Of a stretch of 64,000 nt of DNA, positions 55,576 to 64,000 are shown in pieces. Below the pieces are notes generated by a model. It saw nothing but the letters and a program-made list of their open reading frames with translations. It had not been told where the DNA came from and made no database searches. The DNA is from Acidobacteria bacterium UBA823 (lineage in GTDB: Bacteria > Acidobacteriota > Vicinamibacteria > Vicinamibacterales > UBA823). How positions within the stretch are numbered: position 1 is the first letter of the stretch; every line of letters starts with the position of its first letter. The stretch is from the NCBI GenBank assembly GCA_002296225.1, contig DBHR01000116.1, positions 25,981-89,980 of the forward strand. The letters run 5' to 3'. A program made the translations under genes and the position numbers.

Positions 55576-56169
55576 ATGCGGGAGTACTCATGGGTCGTTG
55601 GCGTTTTGCGTGGTGCTCAGGCAAACGACTTGCGCCGGGTGCATCAAGAGATCGCGTGCCGGGGTCGTACGGTCGTGACCCGGCGTGACCGCATGGCCGA
55701 TCGTGTTTGCGAAGTATTGCGCGCGTATGAAGTAAACGATGGGATGCCAGCCGCTTGTTTCCAGGCGAGCAATATTGCGGGAATGCCGGCACGGTTCAGC
55801 CCGCAGCAGAATGACGTGGCAATTGACTTCCCGTCGGTGTCCGAACTGGTCGAGCGGGGCGGTGTGGGGTTGATGGAGGACGAGGCCCCGTGTGTCATGG
55901 AGGTGGGACTGTGTTGGCGTGAGGCGTTCCGGGGCGCTAACGTGGCTCTGGAAGTCCCGGTGCACTGTACGTGCCTGGCCTGCGGCGGGCGAGGGGAGAT
56001 GTGGAACGACACTTGTTCAATGTGTCGCGGTGTGGGTACGGAGCCACAGCAGCATCTCGTACGATTGTCGATTCCCCCAGGGGTTCGACCCAACGCGCGC
56101 TTCAGGTTCGTTGTTAATCCTCCTTATGCGCCTGAGACCTCCGTCGAAGTTCGCATCACGATCCAGTAG
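55576..56169 (+). CDS. J-domain-less DnaJ-like protein (half zinc-finger plus DnaJ C-terminal-domain-like segment)
   Basis: EAFRGANVALEVPVHCTCLACGGRG...CSMCRGVG...LVRLSIPPGVRPNARFRF mirrors DnaJ CTD-I with two CxxCxGxG motifs. No HPD/J domain. The start is uncertain. Confidence 0.65.
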   Translation: MREYSWVVGVLRGAQANDLRRVHQEIACRGRTVVTRRDRMADRVCEVLRAYEVNDGMPAACFQASNIAGMPARFSPQQNDVAIDFPSVSELVERGGVGLMEDEAPCVMEVGLCWREAFRGANVALEVPVHCTCLACGGRGEMWNDTCSMCRGVGTEPQQHLVRLSIPPGVRPNARFRFVVNPPYAPETSVEVRITIQ

Positions 56170-56186
56170 CCAGCCATCCCGACATC

Positions 56187-56216
56187 ACACGCGGTGTGCT
56201 GCCGCGTGTTGTCTGT
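56187..56216 (+). terminator. Hairpin terminator after the DnaJ-like gene
   Basis: ACACGCGG-(7 nt loop)-CCGCGTGT followed by TGTCTGTTG. Confidence 0.5.
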
Positions 56217-56326
56217 TGAAGGACGGACTCAATAGGCTACGAACCGGCGCGCGGATTGTGTGCAAGTGATCCGAGTGAAGTGAGACCGCGCATTCTGGCG
56301 GCGATGTTGTGAGTAGGGTGCAAAGG

Positions 56327-57427
56327 ATGACAATTTCTCAAGGCGGAATTAACGAGTCGGCAGTGCTTGATGCCCTCAAGGTTATTCAGGATCCCGACTT
56401 GCATCGAGATATCGTAAGTCTCGGATTCGTCAAACAGGTCAGCATCGATGGAGAGATGGTCTCTGTTGTGATCGAACTCACCACACCAGCCTGCCCCGTC
56501 AAGGATCAGATGCGTGAACAGGCCGAAACGGTGCTGCGCCAACTACCCGGTGTCGAGAAGGTGTACGTCGAGATGACGGCCAATGTGCGGTCCGCATCGT
56601 CGCCTGATGAAGGACGAGCGGCGATTCCTGGCGTCAAGAACATCATTGCGGTCGGTGCGGGTAAGGGCGGAGTTGGCAAAACCACCGTATCTGTCAATTT
56701 GGCGTGTGCTCTGGCCCAACATGGGAGCCGAGTCGGACTGCTCGATGGGGACATTTATGGTCCGAACATACCGATTATGCTCGGCGTGCAGACGCAGTTG
56801 GAAACGGATGGCAAGAAAATCGTGCCGGCTGAGCGTTATGGCATTCGCGTCGTTTCGATTGGCTTTCTGACGCAGGACGAGGCGCCGGTCATCTGGCGTG
56901 GGCCGATGCTGCACGGTGTGATCCAGCAGTTCTTTCGCGAGGTCAACTGGGGCGACCTCGACTATCTCATCATCGACATGCCTCCCGGGACTGGCGATGT
57001 GGCGCTGAGCCTGAGCCAAACCGTGCCGGTATCGGGGGCGGTCGCAGTTACCACGCCGCAAACGGTCTCGCTGGCCGACACGCGGCGCGCTATTCGCATG
57101 TACCAGAAACTCAACATTCCGGTGCTTGGCCTCTTGGAGAACATGAGCCATTTCGTCTGTCCAGACTGCAATCACGAGAGTGACATATTTGGTAAAGGTG
57201 GCGGCGAGTTGCTAGCCGAGCAGATGAAGGTGCCTTACCTGGGACAGATTCCGCTATACGAGCCGATCCGTGTTGGTGGTGACCAGGGCACTCCGATCGT
57301 CATGACTGAGCCAGAATCCCCGGCGGGGCAGGCTTTGATCGATTCGGCCGCGCGGCTGGCCGCGCAGGTCTCGATCGCCAGTTACGAGACAACGGTTGGA
57401 GCACCTGAGGAAGTTGCCTTACCGTGA
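56327..57427 (+). CDS. apbC: Mrp/ApbC/NBP35-family Fe-S cluster carrier ATPase with an N-terminal DUF59-like domain
   Basis: VIQDPDLHRDIVSLGFV (DUF59), deviant Walker A GKGGVGKTT, and the CPDC cluster-ligand motif. Confidence 0.9.
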   Translation: MTISQGGINESAVLDALKVIQDPDLHRDIVSLGFVKQVSIDGEMVSVVIELTTPACPVKDQMREQAETVLRQLPGVEKVYVEMTANVRSASSPDEGRAAIPGVKNIIAVGAGKGGVGKTTVSVNLACALAQHGSRVGLLDGDIYGPNIPIMLGVQTQLETDGKKIVPAERYGIRVVSIGFLTQDEAPVIWRGPMLHGVIQQFFREVNWGDLDYLIIDMPPGTGDVALSLSQTVPVSGAVAVTTPQTVSLADTRRAIRMYQKLNIPVLGLLENMSHFVCPDCNHESDIFGKGGGELLAEQMKVPYLGQIPLYEPIRVGGDQGTPIVMTEPESPAGQALIDSAARLAAQVSIASYETTVGAPEEVALP

Positions 57428-57525
57428 TGTACTGGTGAACCAGGGTGATGTCTCGTTCGTCGCTTTTCCAGCGATTTATTTCGAGAGGCGCGTCAAGCGC
57501 CATCTGTTCAAACAGCTGAAGGGTA

Positions 57526-58881
57526 CTACACGGGTCGAATGGTTGTTTCGACGCGTCGCGCGACTGTGAGTAGCTCGATAGTCTGGTTTATGTGACCGAC
57601 GAGCTGAAGACCGCACGGAAGATCGTCTGGGGTGTTTCCGCATGGAACCGAGATCGCCGGATGGCCGGTGAGGTTGAACGCTTGGGTGAGACGTAAGGTC
57701 ACACTGCGGACCGAGTCGTTCAGTCCGCCGACGGCAATCGACTCAATACCAAATGGCGGCGGTGGAATGGCGAGGGTGGGAAGGACGAGAGCGGCGCAAT
57801 TAGTCATCGCCGCCGTTATCTCACGCCGTAGAACTTCGCGGCCGCGCTGAGCTCGCAGGTAGTCTTCGGCAAGCACGTATCGTCCCATTTCCAGGCGTAA
57901 ACGGACCCCGGGCGTATATTCCTCAGGTCGAGAATCTAGCGTTCGGGAGTGATACGTCATTGCTTCCGGCAGGACGATGTGCAGATAGACGGATGCGATT
58001 TCGCTTGCATGGGGCACGTCGACGTCGGTGGTTGTCACGCCGGCATCACTCAGCAGACCGAGCGCATCGTTAAATCGACCGCGAACGTTCGGGTCGATGT
58101 GATCTAGGAAGTACCTCCGCGGCACACCGAGGCGGAGCGCTCCGCGGGGATTGGTCTCAGGTGGAATTCTCGGCTCTTGACCTCCCATCGCCTGGTAGAG
58201 GAGCCAGGCGTCTACCACGCTTCGCGCCAAAGGTCCGACGTGGTCGAGCGAACGGCTTAGCGGGATGACGCCGTCGCACGGTAGTTCACCGAACCCGGGT
58301 TTGAGGCCGACGGTTCCGCATGCGGCCGAGGGGATGCGTATCGATCCTCCGGTGTCTGTTCCGACCGACCCATAGGACATGCCAGTTGCGACGGCTACCG
58401 CCGAGCCACCGCTGGAGCCGCCTGGTGACCGTGAGGTGTCATGCGGATTGCGCGTGGGTCCGAAGGCCGAATCCTCTCCCGTTGTGCCGAACGCGAACTC
58501 GTGTAAATTACATTTACCGAGCACGATCGCGCCTGCAGCCCTGAGGTTGGCCACGATGGGCGCATCCCTGGCAGCTGGTGTCTTTGGCCGGATTTTCGAT
58601 GCTGCTGTCGTCGGTAATCCCTTGACGTCGATCAGGTCTTTAACCGATATCGGGATCCCGTGCAGCGGGCCGCGGTACCGGCCGGCTGCAATTTCGTCGT
58701 CAGTGCGGCTTGCGACGGCCCTCGCGCCGTCCTCGTCCACAGCGATGAAGGCGTTGAGGTCAGGGTTGCGTCGAGCGATTCGTTCAAGGCACGCGTCGGT
58801 CAGCTCTCGTGCCGAGATTTCCCCAGACTCGAGTTGGGGCGCCAGGTCGGTGATCATGCGGAGGCAAAGAGCGGGCGTCAC
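57526..58881 (-). CDS. Amidase-signature family amidase (GatA-like)
   Basis: GGSSGGSAVAVA and the Ser-cisSer-Lys context. The start may instead be the ATG at 58857. Confidence 0.88.
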   Translation of the reverse strand: MTPALCLRMITDLAPQLESGEISARELTDACLERIARRNPDLNAFIAVDEDGARAVASRTDDEIAAGRYRGPLHGIPISVKDLIDVKGLPTTAASKIRPKTPAARDAPIVANLRAAGAIVLGKCNLHEFAFGTTGEDSAFGPTRNPHDTSRSPGGSSGGSAVAVATGMSYGSVGTDTGGSIRIPSAACGTVGLKPGFGELPCDGVIPLSRSLDHVGPLARSVVDAWLLYQAMGGQEPRIPPETNPRGALRLGVPRRYFLDHIDPNVRGRFNDALGLLSDAGVTTTDVDVPHASEIASVYLHIVLPEAMTYHSRTLDSRPEEYTPGVRLRLEMGRYVLAEDYLRAQRGREVLRREITAAMTNCAALVLPTLAIPPPPFGIESIAVGGLNDSVRSVTLRLTQAFNLTGHPAISVPCGNTPDDLPCGLQLVGHINQTIELLTVARRVETTIRPV

Positions 58882-59108
58882 TTCGGATCCTTCGCCGCAG
58901 TAGCGTCCTGCCTGTCTGTTCTCTCCGCCGACTCGTTCCAGTCGGCCTGCCGGAGCGTCTGTGTCGCTCGTACGAGTCCGCCTAGCAACGGAGCCAGCTC
59001 TGATAAACCTCTAAGCTGCGCGTCCTTTATCACCGCTTGGGCCCACGCGTCGATGTGCATCTGCCTGCCTTTGCAGTCTGGGTCAATTGCGCCGAGTATA
59101 CATTCCAC
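58878..59108 (-). CDS. Small protein translationally coupled to the amidase (possible GatC/AtzG-like partner)
   Basis: 60-76 aa depending on start (GTG 59108 or ATG 59060). The stop overlaps the amidase GTG. The GatC/AtzG analogy rests on size, position and helical character only. Confidence 0.4.
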   Translation of the reverse strand: MECILGAIDPDCKGRQMHIDAWAQAVIKDAQLRGLSELAPLLGGLVRATQTLRQADWNESAERTDRQDATAAKDPK

Positions 59109-59109
59109 G

Positions 59110-60288
59110 TTAGAGCATCGCGTCGTCCCAGAACAGTCGGTTGTTGTCGAACCGGGTGATACTCAGCGGCGTTAGATCGAAAGTCTCGCACCGATTCAAT
59201 CGGATGAACTCGGAGAGGGCCTTTCCGGTGGCCGGCGCCATCATGAGCCCATGGCCGCTGAAGCCGTTGGCCAGCAGGAATCCAGGACAGCTGGGCACTG
59301 GGCCGAGCACTGGGTTGTGGTCTGGGGTCATCTCATACAGACCACTCCACCCCTCCACGTGGGTATAGGCACTATGTTGGGGGAGGCGACGGCGGACCGG
59401 CGGGAAAAACTCTTGCTCCCAGCGTGACATGTCGCACGCGAAATTTTCACCGGGGGGCTCGTCGAGCTTTGTGCAGGCGACGATGATTCGACCTTGTTCG
59501 TTAGTGTCTTCGGTATTCTCTTGCCGCCAGTGTACGCCAGACGGATCGACGATCATCGGATGCTGTTTTGGAGCGGGGGTTCGCAGGAATGCACGGAAGA
59601 GTTGCTGTCGGACCGGTTGCACCGGAATCAGGACGCCTGCGAGTTTGGCGATCCGAGCGGCGTACGGCCCTCCAGCGTTGACGACAACGGCTGCATTGAC
59701 CCGGTCCATTCCGTCGACCTCGACTCCGGTGATGCGGTTGCCGTTGCGGTGGATCGCCGTGACTGCTCCCGTCACGAATTCAGCGCCGGCGGCCTCGGCG
59801 CCCCGACGAAACCCAGCAAGTAGAGCTTTTGGGTTCGCATACCCATCGTTTGGACCCAGCACCCCGAATTCGAGGTCATCGACGACCAGGCCCGGCACTA
59901 CACGTTCTAAGTCAGCGACCGAGAGTCGCGAGACGCTCACACCCAGTGTGCGTTGCTTCGTTATGCGGGTTTCGAAGCGTTCGCGATTACCCGAGTCAAC
60001 CAAGAAGAGGTAGCCTCGCCGGCGAAACGCTGCTGCAGCCGAACCCTTTAGGCCGAATCGATGATCGAAATCGGAGTAAAAAGCGATGCTGAATTGTGCG
60101 AGCCGTACGTTGAGCGCAGAGGAAAATTGCTGCCGGATGCCGCCCATCGCCAAGCTCGACGATGCCCGGGCGTAGGTTGGGTCACGCTCAATGACGACGA
60201 CGCGGCCAGAAAAGCCGTCTTCCAGAAGATGGTAGGCGATACTGGATCCGACGACGCCGCCACCGATGATGATGACGTCCGCGACCAT
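59110..60288 (-). CDS. FAD-dependent oxidoreductase (DAO / sarcosine-oxidase-beta-like)
   Basis: N-terminal VIIIGGGVVGSSIAYHL dinucleotide-binding motif; 392 aa. Confidence 0.85.
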   Translation of the reverse strand: MVADVIIIGGGVVGSSIAYHLLEDGFSGRVVVIERDPTYARASSSLAMGGIRQQFSSALNVRLAQFSIAFYSDFDHRFGLKGSAAAAFRRRGYLFLVDSGNRERFETRITKQRTLGVSVSRLSVADLERVVPGLVVDDLEFGVLGPNDGYANPKALLAGFRRGAEAAGAEFVTGAVTAIHRNGNRITGVEVDGMDRVNAAVVVNAGGPYAARIAKLAGVLIPVQPVRQQLFRAFLRTPAPKQHPMIVDPSGVHWRQENTEDTNEQGRIIVACTKLDEPPGENFACDMSRWEQEFFPPVRRRLPQHSAYTHVEGWSGLYEMTPDHNPVLGPVPSCPGFLLANGFSGHGLMMAPATGKALSEFIRLNRCETFDLTPLSITRFDNNRLFWDDAML

Positions 60289-60309
60289 CGTTAGGTTTGA
60301 TTCGCGTCG

Positions 60310-60891
60310 CTAGGACCGTCGGCGGGTGCGATTCACGGCCCGGGACGGCGTTATGAGCTCTCGGATACGGGCCATCGGCTTCTTGTCGGTTGCACGGGGC
60401 GCAGGTGCGACGGTGATTTTCTGGCCCGCCTCAATGTATGCCTTTAGCGACCGGAGCGACGTTACCCAGCCCGGTCCGATAACGTTGTAGTAGCGGTCCC
60501 AGCGTTCGCCCGCGCCACGGCCGCTCTGGTAAACCCGCACTCTCGTAGCGGGTCCCTCAATCTTAGAGGTAACTTGGAGCGCCATCGGCCCAAGGGGCGG
60601 GCCCTCGGGGGGCAGCCAGAACGCATTCGCGACGAAGAACTCTCGAGCAGGCCGATGCTCCATCACTGTGCCGTGGAAAGTGCCTCCCAAGGGACCGAGG
60701 ATTTCGTCACGAAATGGTGTCGGCGCCCACTCCACCGCGTAGACACCGAGTGGTTGCGGCACGGTAACGGATCCGGTTGCGAGCCACCAAGCTGACAGCG
60801 CGACCGGGTCGAAGAAGGCGGCCAGAACATGTTCTGGGGCCGCCGTAATCAGTTCTTCGTGCGCCGTCGAAAAATCGTCAGGAGTCGGCAT
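60310..60891 (-). CDS. SRPBCC/AHSA1-like domain protein
   Basis: ITAAPEHVLAAFFDPVALSAWW resembles the first strand-helix of AHSA1/START-like proteins. Weak, by eye. Confidence 0.5.
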   Translation of the reverse strand: MPTPDDFSTAHEELITAAPEHVLAAFFDPVALSAWWLATGSVTVPQPLGVYAVEWAPTPFRDEILGPLGGTFHGTVMEHRPAREFFVANAFWLPPEGPPLGPMALQVTSKIEGPATRVRVYQSGRGAGERWDRYYNVIGPGWVTSLRSLKAYIEAGQKITVAPAPRATDKKPMARIRELITPSRAVNRTRRRS

Positions 60892-60919
60892 CGGCTGCTA
60901 CGGCGTCCTTTTCGAGTCC

Positions 60920-62521
60920 CTACGGGTGTCCGGCTGTGACTTCACGCCGCTTGGTGTTTCGCGCGTCGTCGACCATCTGTCGTACTTCGTCCATCAAGGT
61001 CGGCACGTGGTAAGGCACGCCGTCCTTGATCGTCCATTCGATCCCACCGCCGTGGGTGTTGTGGCCGGCCACATTTACGCTCGTGCCGTACGGATTCAAT
61101 AGGCGGAGGTTCTGAAGAGGATTCCCGTTCACGACGAGCAGATCGGCGAGGTAGCCAACACGAACCCGTCCGAGTCTATCCGCCAGTCCAAGCATCTTCG
61201 CGCCGTTGACCGTCGCATGCTTCAGTACCTCCAGCGGGTGAAAACCGGCCTCCTCGTGTAGTTCCAACTCTCGGATCAGCCCGAAGCCGTAGAGCGAATA
61301 GATGTAGCCGGCGTCGTCTCCCGTCGTGATTAGGCCTCCGTGTCGCCCGAAATGCTTGAGGACTTCCATCCAGATCCGGTAGTTGCGTCGCCACGCGGCT
61401 TCGTTGGACGAAGTCCAACCCGAGAAGTAGGAGCCATGGTGATCGGGGTTCGGCTTCCAGAACTCCTCCATGGACGGATGCAGATAGTCGCGATACCAGG
61501 GAAGATTCTGAGCGCGCACCACGTCACGGTTCGCTTCGTAGATCGAAAGCGTCGGACTCCAGCCAACGTTGTGCGCAATCATTGACTTCATGACCGCACG
61601 CAGCGCATCCGGATCGGCCTGTGCGAACAACTCGCCCGCGTGAGCGAACCGATGCGTCTCATCGCTATAGTTCATGTCGGCCGGGAAATTCTGCCCGGCG
61701 TCGATCGCAACGTCTCCGATGCCGTAGAAATGCTCGATCGAATCGACGCCCAACTCAACGTAATCGGCGGCAGTCGTCTCCTCCACGCCGATATGCGCGG
61801 CTGTCCGCAGGCCCTGTATCTGTGCTTCGTCGAGGAGCGCCTCCAACTGATCGCGATCAAGCCCCCCGATTTTTAAACCGTCGGCACCATCCAATTTGGC
61901 TTGGCGGACGCCAAGGCGTATCTCCTGGGGCGTTCGGTGCGGACCTAGGTTGGGACGGGGATAGACTAGGATTCGCGGTGACACGATCGCACGTGTTTCA
62001 CTTTCCGCTTGCCAGCGCTTCGACTTACGGAAGTTTCCGCCTACCTCACGGACAGTCGTCACGCCGGCCGCGAGGTACAAGTTGCGTTCATACTGAATCG
62101 GCTGGGCAATCGATGGCACGCGCCATTCGTGCCAATGCATATGAGTGTTGACGATCCCGGGCATGACGTACTTCCCGGTCGCGTCGATCACAGCGTCAGG
62201 GATACGGGCGCTGCCGGTCGTCCAGTCCCCAACGCGCGTGATGAGGCCATCCTCGACGACGATGTCTACCGGACCAAATGGTGGGCGCCCGTTGCCGTAA
62301 ATCACCATGGCGTTGGTGATCACCAGTTGTTCGGAAGCTTGGCCGTGGACGGGTTCGCCTACGGAGGTTTGTGGGGTCGTCGCCGCCACGCTCGTTCCGA
62401 CCACGGCCGCGGCGAACAGTTGTCCTACTGCCACGAGGCAGCGGACAGGACGGGATTGACACGAATCGGGAGTGCTCGCCATTATGCCTAAACTCGGTGG
62501 ACTTGCCCCGCTACGGAACAT
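60920..62521 (-). CDS. Metal-dependent amidohydrolase-family protein, probably secreted
   Basis: NTHMHWH (HxH) motif, hydrophobic N-terminal segment, and C-terminal LADLLVVNGNPL typical of the family. The start is 62521 or 62482. Confidence 0.8.
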   Translation of the reverse strand: MFRSGASPPSLGIMASTPDSCQSRPVRCLVAVGQLFAAAVVGTSVAATTPQTSVGEPVHGQASEQLVITNAMVIYGNGRPPFGPVDIVVEDGLITRVGDWTTGSARIPDAVIDATGKYVMPGIVNTHMHWHEWRVPSIAQPIQYERNLYLAAGVTTVREVGGNFRKSKRWQAESETRAIVSPRILVYPRPNLGPHRTPQEIRLGVRQAKLDGADGLKIGGLDRDQLEALLDEAQIQGLRTAAHIGVEETTAADYVELGVDSIEHFYGIGDVAIDAGQNFPADMNYSDETHRFAHAGELFAQADPDALRAVMKSMIAHNVGWSPTLSIYEANRDVVRAQNLPWYRDYLHPSMEEFWKPNPDHHGSYFSGWTSSNEAAWRRNYRIWMEVLKHFGRHGGLITTGDDAGYIYSLYGFGLIRELELHEEAGFHPLEVLKHATVNGAKMLGLADRLGRVRVGYLADLLVVNGNPLQNLRLLNPYGTSVNVAGHNTHGGGIEWTIKDGVPYHVPTLMDEVRQMVDDARNTKRREVTAGHP

Positions 62522-62672
62522 TGCCCGAAGCGCAAGGGTAGAATCGTACCGTCTGGGATGGCCTGAGTCAAAACCTCATAAACGGTGTAGTAAGCGGCTG
62601 CGTGCTGTGGTTTCAGAACTCGGTGTCCAGACCCTACAGGAAACCACAAATTGTCCCTGTTCCCTAGCGCGC

Positions 62673-63824
62673 TCAATACAGTAGATATCGTTCGCGGAGT
62701 TCGAGAAAATCGTCCAAATCCTTCGCGTGGGCGTCCGCCGCTGACCCGCCCGCGTCGAGGCTTGTTCGAAGCCGGTCCGAACCCCAGAGTAGGTCGATCG
62801 GCATCCGGTCGTGCTCGTATTCGTAAGGTGGTTGTTTCCACTCGAACCGACCGGGGTCCGCGTTCCGGCAGGCCTCTAGGATTGCCAGCGCGGTGCGGAC
62901 GGCACGGTATTGCTTTCGGTCAAGGACGTGGATCTCGCAGCCGCCACAGGCAGTACCGGAGTATTTCTGAAATGTCGGTTCGAAGCCTACCGGACGGAAC
63001 CGAACGCCGGGAAGCCCGATGTCGTTCAAGTGCGCGGCCAGGCGCTCTCCATCCAGCCACGGGGCACCGAACACTTCGAACGGACGGGTGGTGCCGCGTC
63101 CCTCGGAGAGATTGGTTCCCTCAAGCAGTACCATCCCGGGATAGACGATGAGACTTTCGAGTGACGGAAGGTTCGGCGAAGGCAATACCCAAGGTAGCTC
63201 AGTGTCGTCGAAATACATCACCCGACTCCACCCGGTCATCGGCACTATCTCCAGCTCGGCACCGATACCGAACTCTCGGTTAAAGAGCTTGGCAAGCTCG
63301 CCGATTGTCAGGCCGTGTCGGAGTGGAATCGGGAATTGTCCGACGAACGAGGTCCACGCGGGTTCGAGCACCGGGCCCTCAACCGCAACACCGCCTATCG
63401 GGTTCGGTCGATCCGTGACCATGACTGGAACCCCGTGTTCGCGGCACGCGCGGAGACAATTAGCCATTGTGTAAGCGTAGGTGTAAACCCGTGTGCCGAC
63501 GTCTGGGAGGTCGATGACTAGTCTATCGACTCCTTTGAGCATCTCAGCGGTTGGCGTCCGTGTCTCGCTATACAGGGAATAGACGGGCACCGCGTGGGCA
63601 AGGTCGTGCCCGTGGGGTGTTTCGACCATATTGTCCTGCCGGTCCGATCTGATCCCGTGTTGCGGGCCAAAGAGCGCGGTCAGTCGTGCGCCGGCATCAG
63701 TAAGAACTTCTGCTGCGTGTTGAAGATGCCGGTTGACGGAAGCTTGGTTACAGACGAGACCGATGCGCTGACCGGACAGCTGCCCAGAAGACCCGAGTGA
63801 ATCCAAGCCGAGCACGACAGGCAC
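62673..63824 (-). CDS. DUF1343 / NamZ-like exo-beta-N-acetylmuramidase family protein
   Basis: RIGLVCNQASV ... LTALFGPQHGIRSD matches the family N-terminal signature. GTG start. Confidence 0.8.
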   Translation of the reverse strand: MPVVLGLDSLGSSGQLSGQRIGLVCNQASVNRHLQHAAEVLTDAGARLTALFGPQHGIRSDRQDNMVETPHGHDLAHAVPVYSLYSETRTPTAEMLKGVDRLVIDLPDVGTRVYTYAYTMANCLRACREHGVPVMVTDRPNPIGGVAVEGPVLEPAWTSFVGQFPIPLRHGLTIGELAKLFNREFGIGAELEIVPMTGWSRVMYFDDTELPWVLPSPNLPSLESLIVYPGMVLLEGTNLSEGRGTTRPFEVFGAPWLDGERLAAHLNDIGLPGVRFRPVGFEPTFQKYSGTACGGCEIHVLDRKQYRAVRTALAILEACRNADPGRFEWKQPPYEYEHDRMPIDLLWGSDRLRTSLDAGGSAADAHAKDLDDFLELRERYLLY

Positions 63825-64000
63825 ACCTGCATTATACGGGTCGGTGCCAAGGGGCCAAACGATGGGATTAGACTAGAAATTCTTGCGTGGGTCACTTCCT
63901 GAGCACCGACAGGAGCCGTAAAGCGGACCACTGCACACCTTGCCAAAAACTGGAGTACGATCACGGGGTGAATCAGCCATGGGCGGAATTTCAGGACCAG

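Noticed and set aside
55322-55792. 156-aa minus-strand ORF, including a possible 60-aa version starting at 55503
   Set aside because: Its upstream half is antisense to the DnaJ-CTD-like ORF. The downstream part lies in the low-GC promoter spacer. It has no SD, no family resemblance, and an atypical composition.
1-64000. Searched by eye for CRISPR arrays, rRNA, tmRNA, RNase P, SRP RNA, IS elements or transposases, and known defence-system gene sets
   Set aside because: I saw no regularly spaced direct repeats, no conserved-core RNA signatures (such as GAGGAAAGTCC or a tmRNA tag/acceptor), and no transposase, integrase or defence-type domains in any frame. A covariance-model scan would be needed to exclude small RNAs.

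Overview
The window is GC-rich by eye (roughly 60% or more, not computed) and densely coding. I find no rRNA, CRISPR array, transposase or integrase, so it looks like core chromosome, possibly Acidobacteriota-like (a guess only). About 60 protein genes can be supported.

Main gene content:
- Envelope and secretion: ddl, yajC-secD-secF, uppP, lgt, lspA, a tonB-exbB-exbD-exbD cluster, and a NamZ-like DUF1343 protein.
- Translation and stringent response: tgt, ileS, rluD, rpmB, prfA-prmC, a long RelA/SpoT homolog, a DksA-family protein, lon, and a cold-shock protein.
- Cofactor and Fe-S genes: moaE-moaD, thiD, bioY, a MobA-like transferase, an A-type Fe-S carrier, Mrp/ApbC, and a class I fumarase.
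- Other: an H+/Na+ pyrophosphatase, an M16 peptidase pair, an AddB/AddA-like pair, and an amidase-centred cluster.
- Two tRNAs absent from the ORF track: tRNA-Sec (UCA, 96 nt, minus strand) and tRNA-Ala (GGC).

Most unusual items:
1. A tandem pair of 20/21-codon polylysine mini-genes, each with its own Shine-Dalgarno (SD) site and terminator (3157-3476). They fall below the track's 60-aa cutoff.
2. A Fur-family regulator fused to a rubrerythrin-like diiron domain, next to an Fe-S carrier gene and an orphan FdhE-like gene.
3. selC with no selenoprotein or sel genes in view.
4. An AddA-like helicase lacking a nuclease domain.
5. A J-domain-less DnaJ zinc-finger/C-terminal-domain protein.
6. A tightly overlapping moaE-moaD-prfA-prmC-HIT gene chain.

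The ORF track takes the longest ORF, including GTG/TTG starts. I therefore trimmed several starts to the position that fits family N-termini and SD sequences. All family calls rest on motifs read in the translations; no database search was run.
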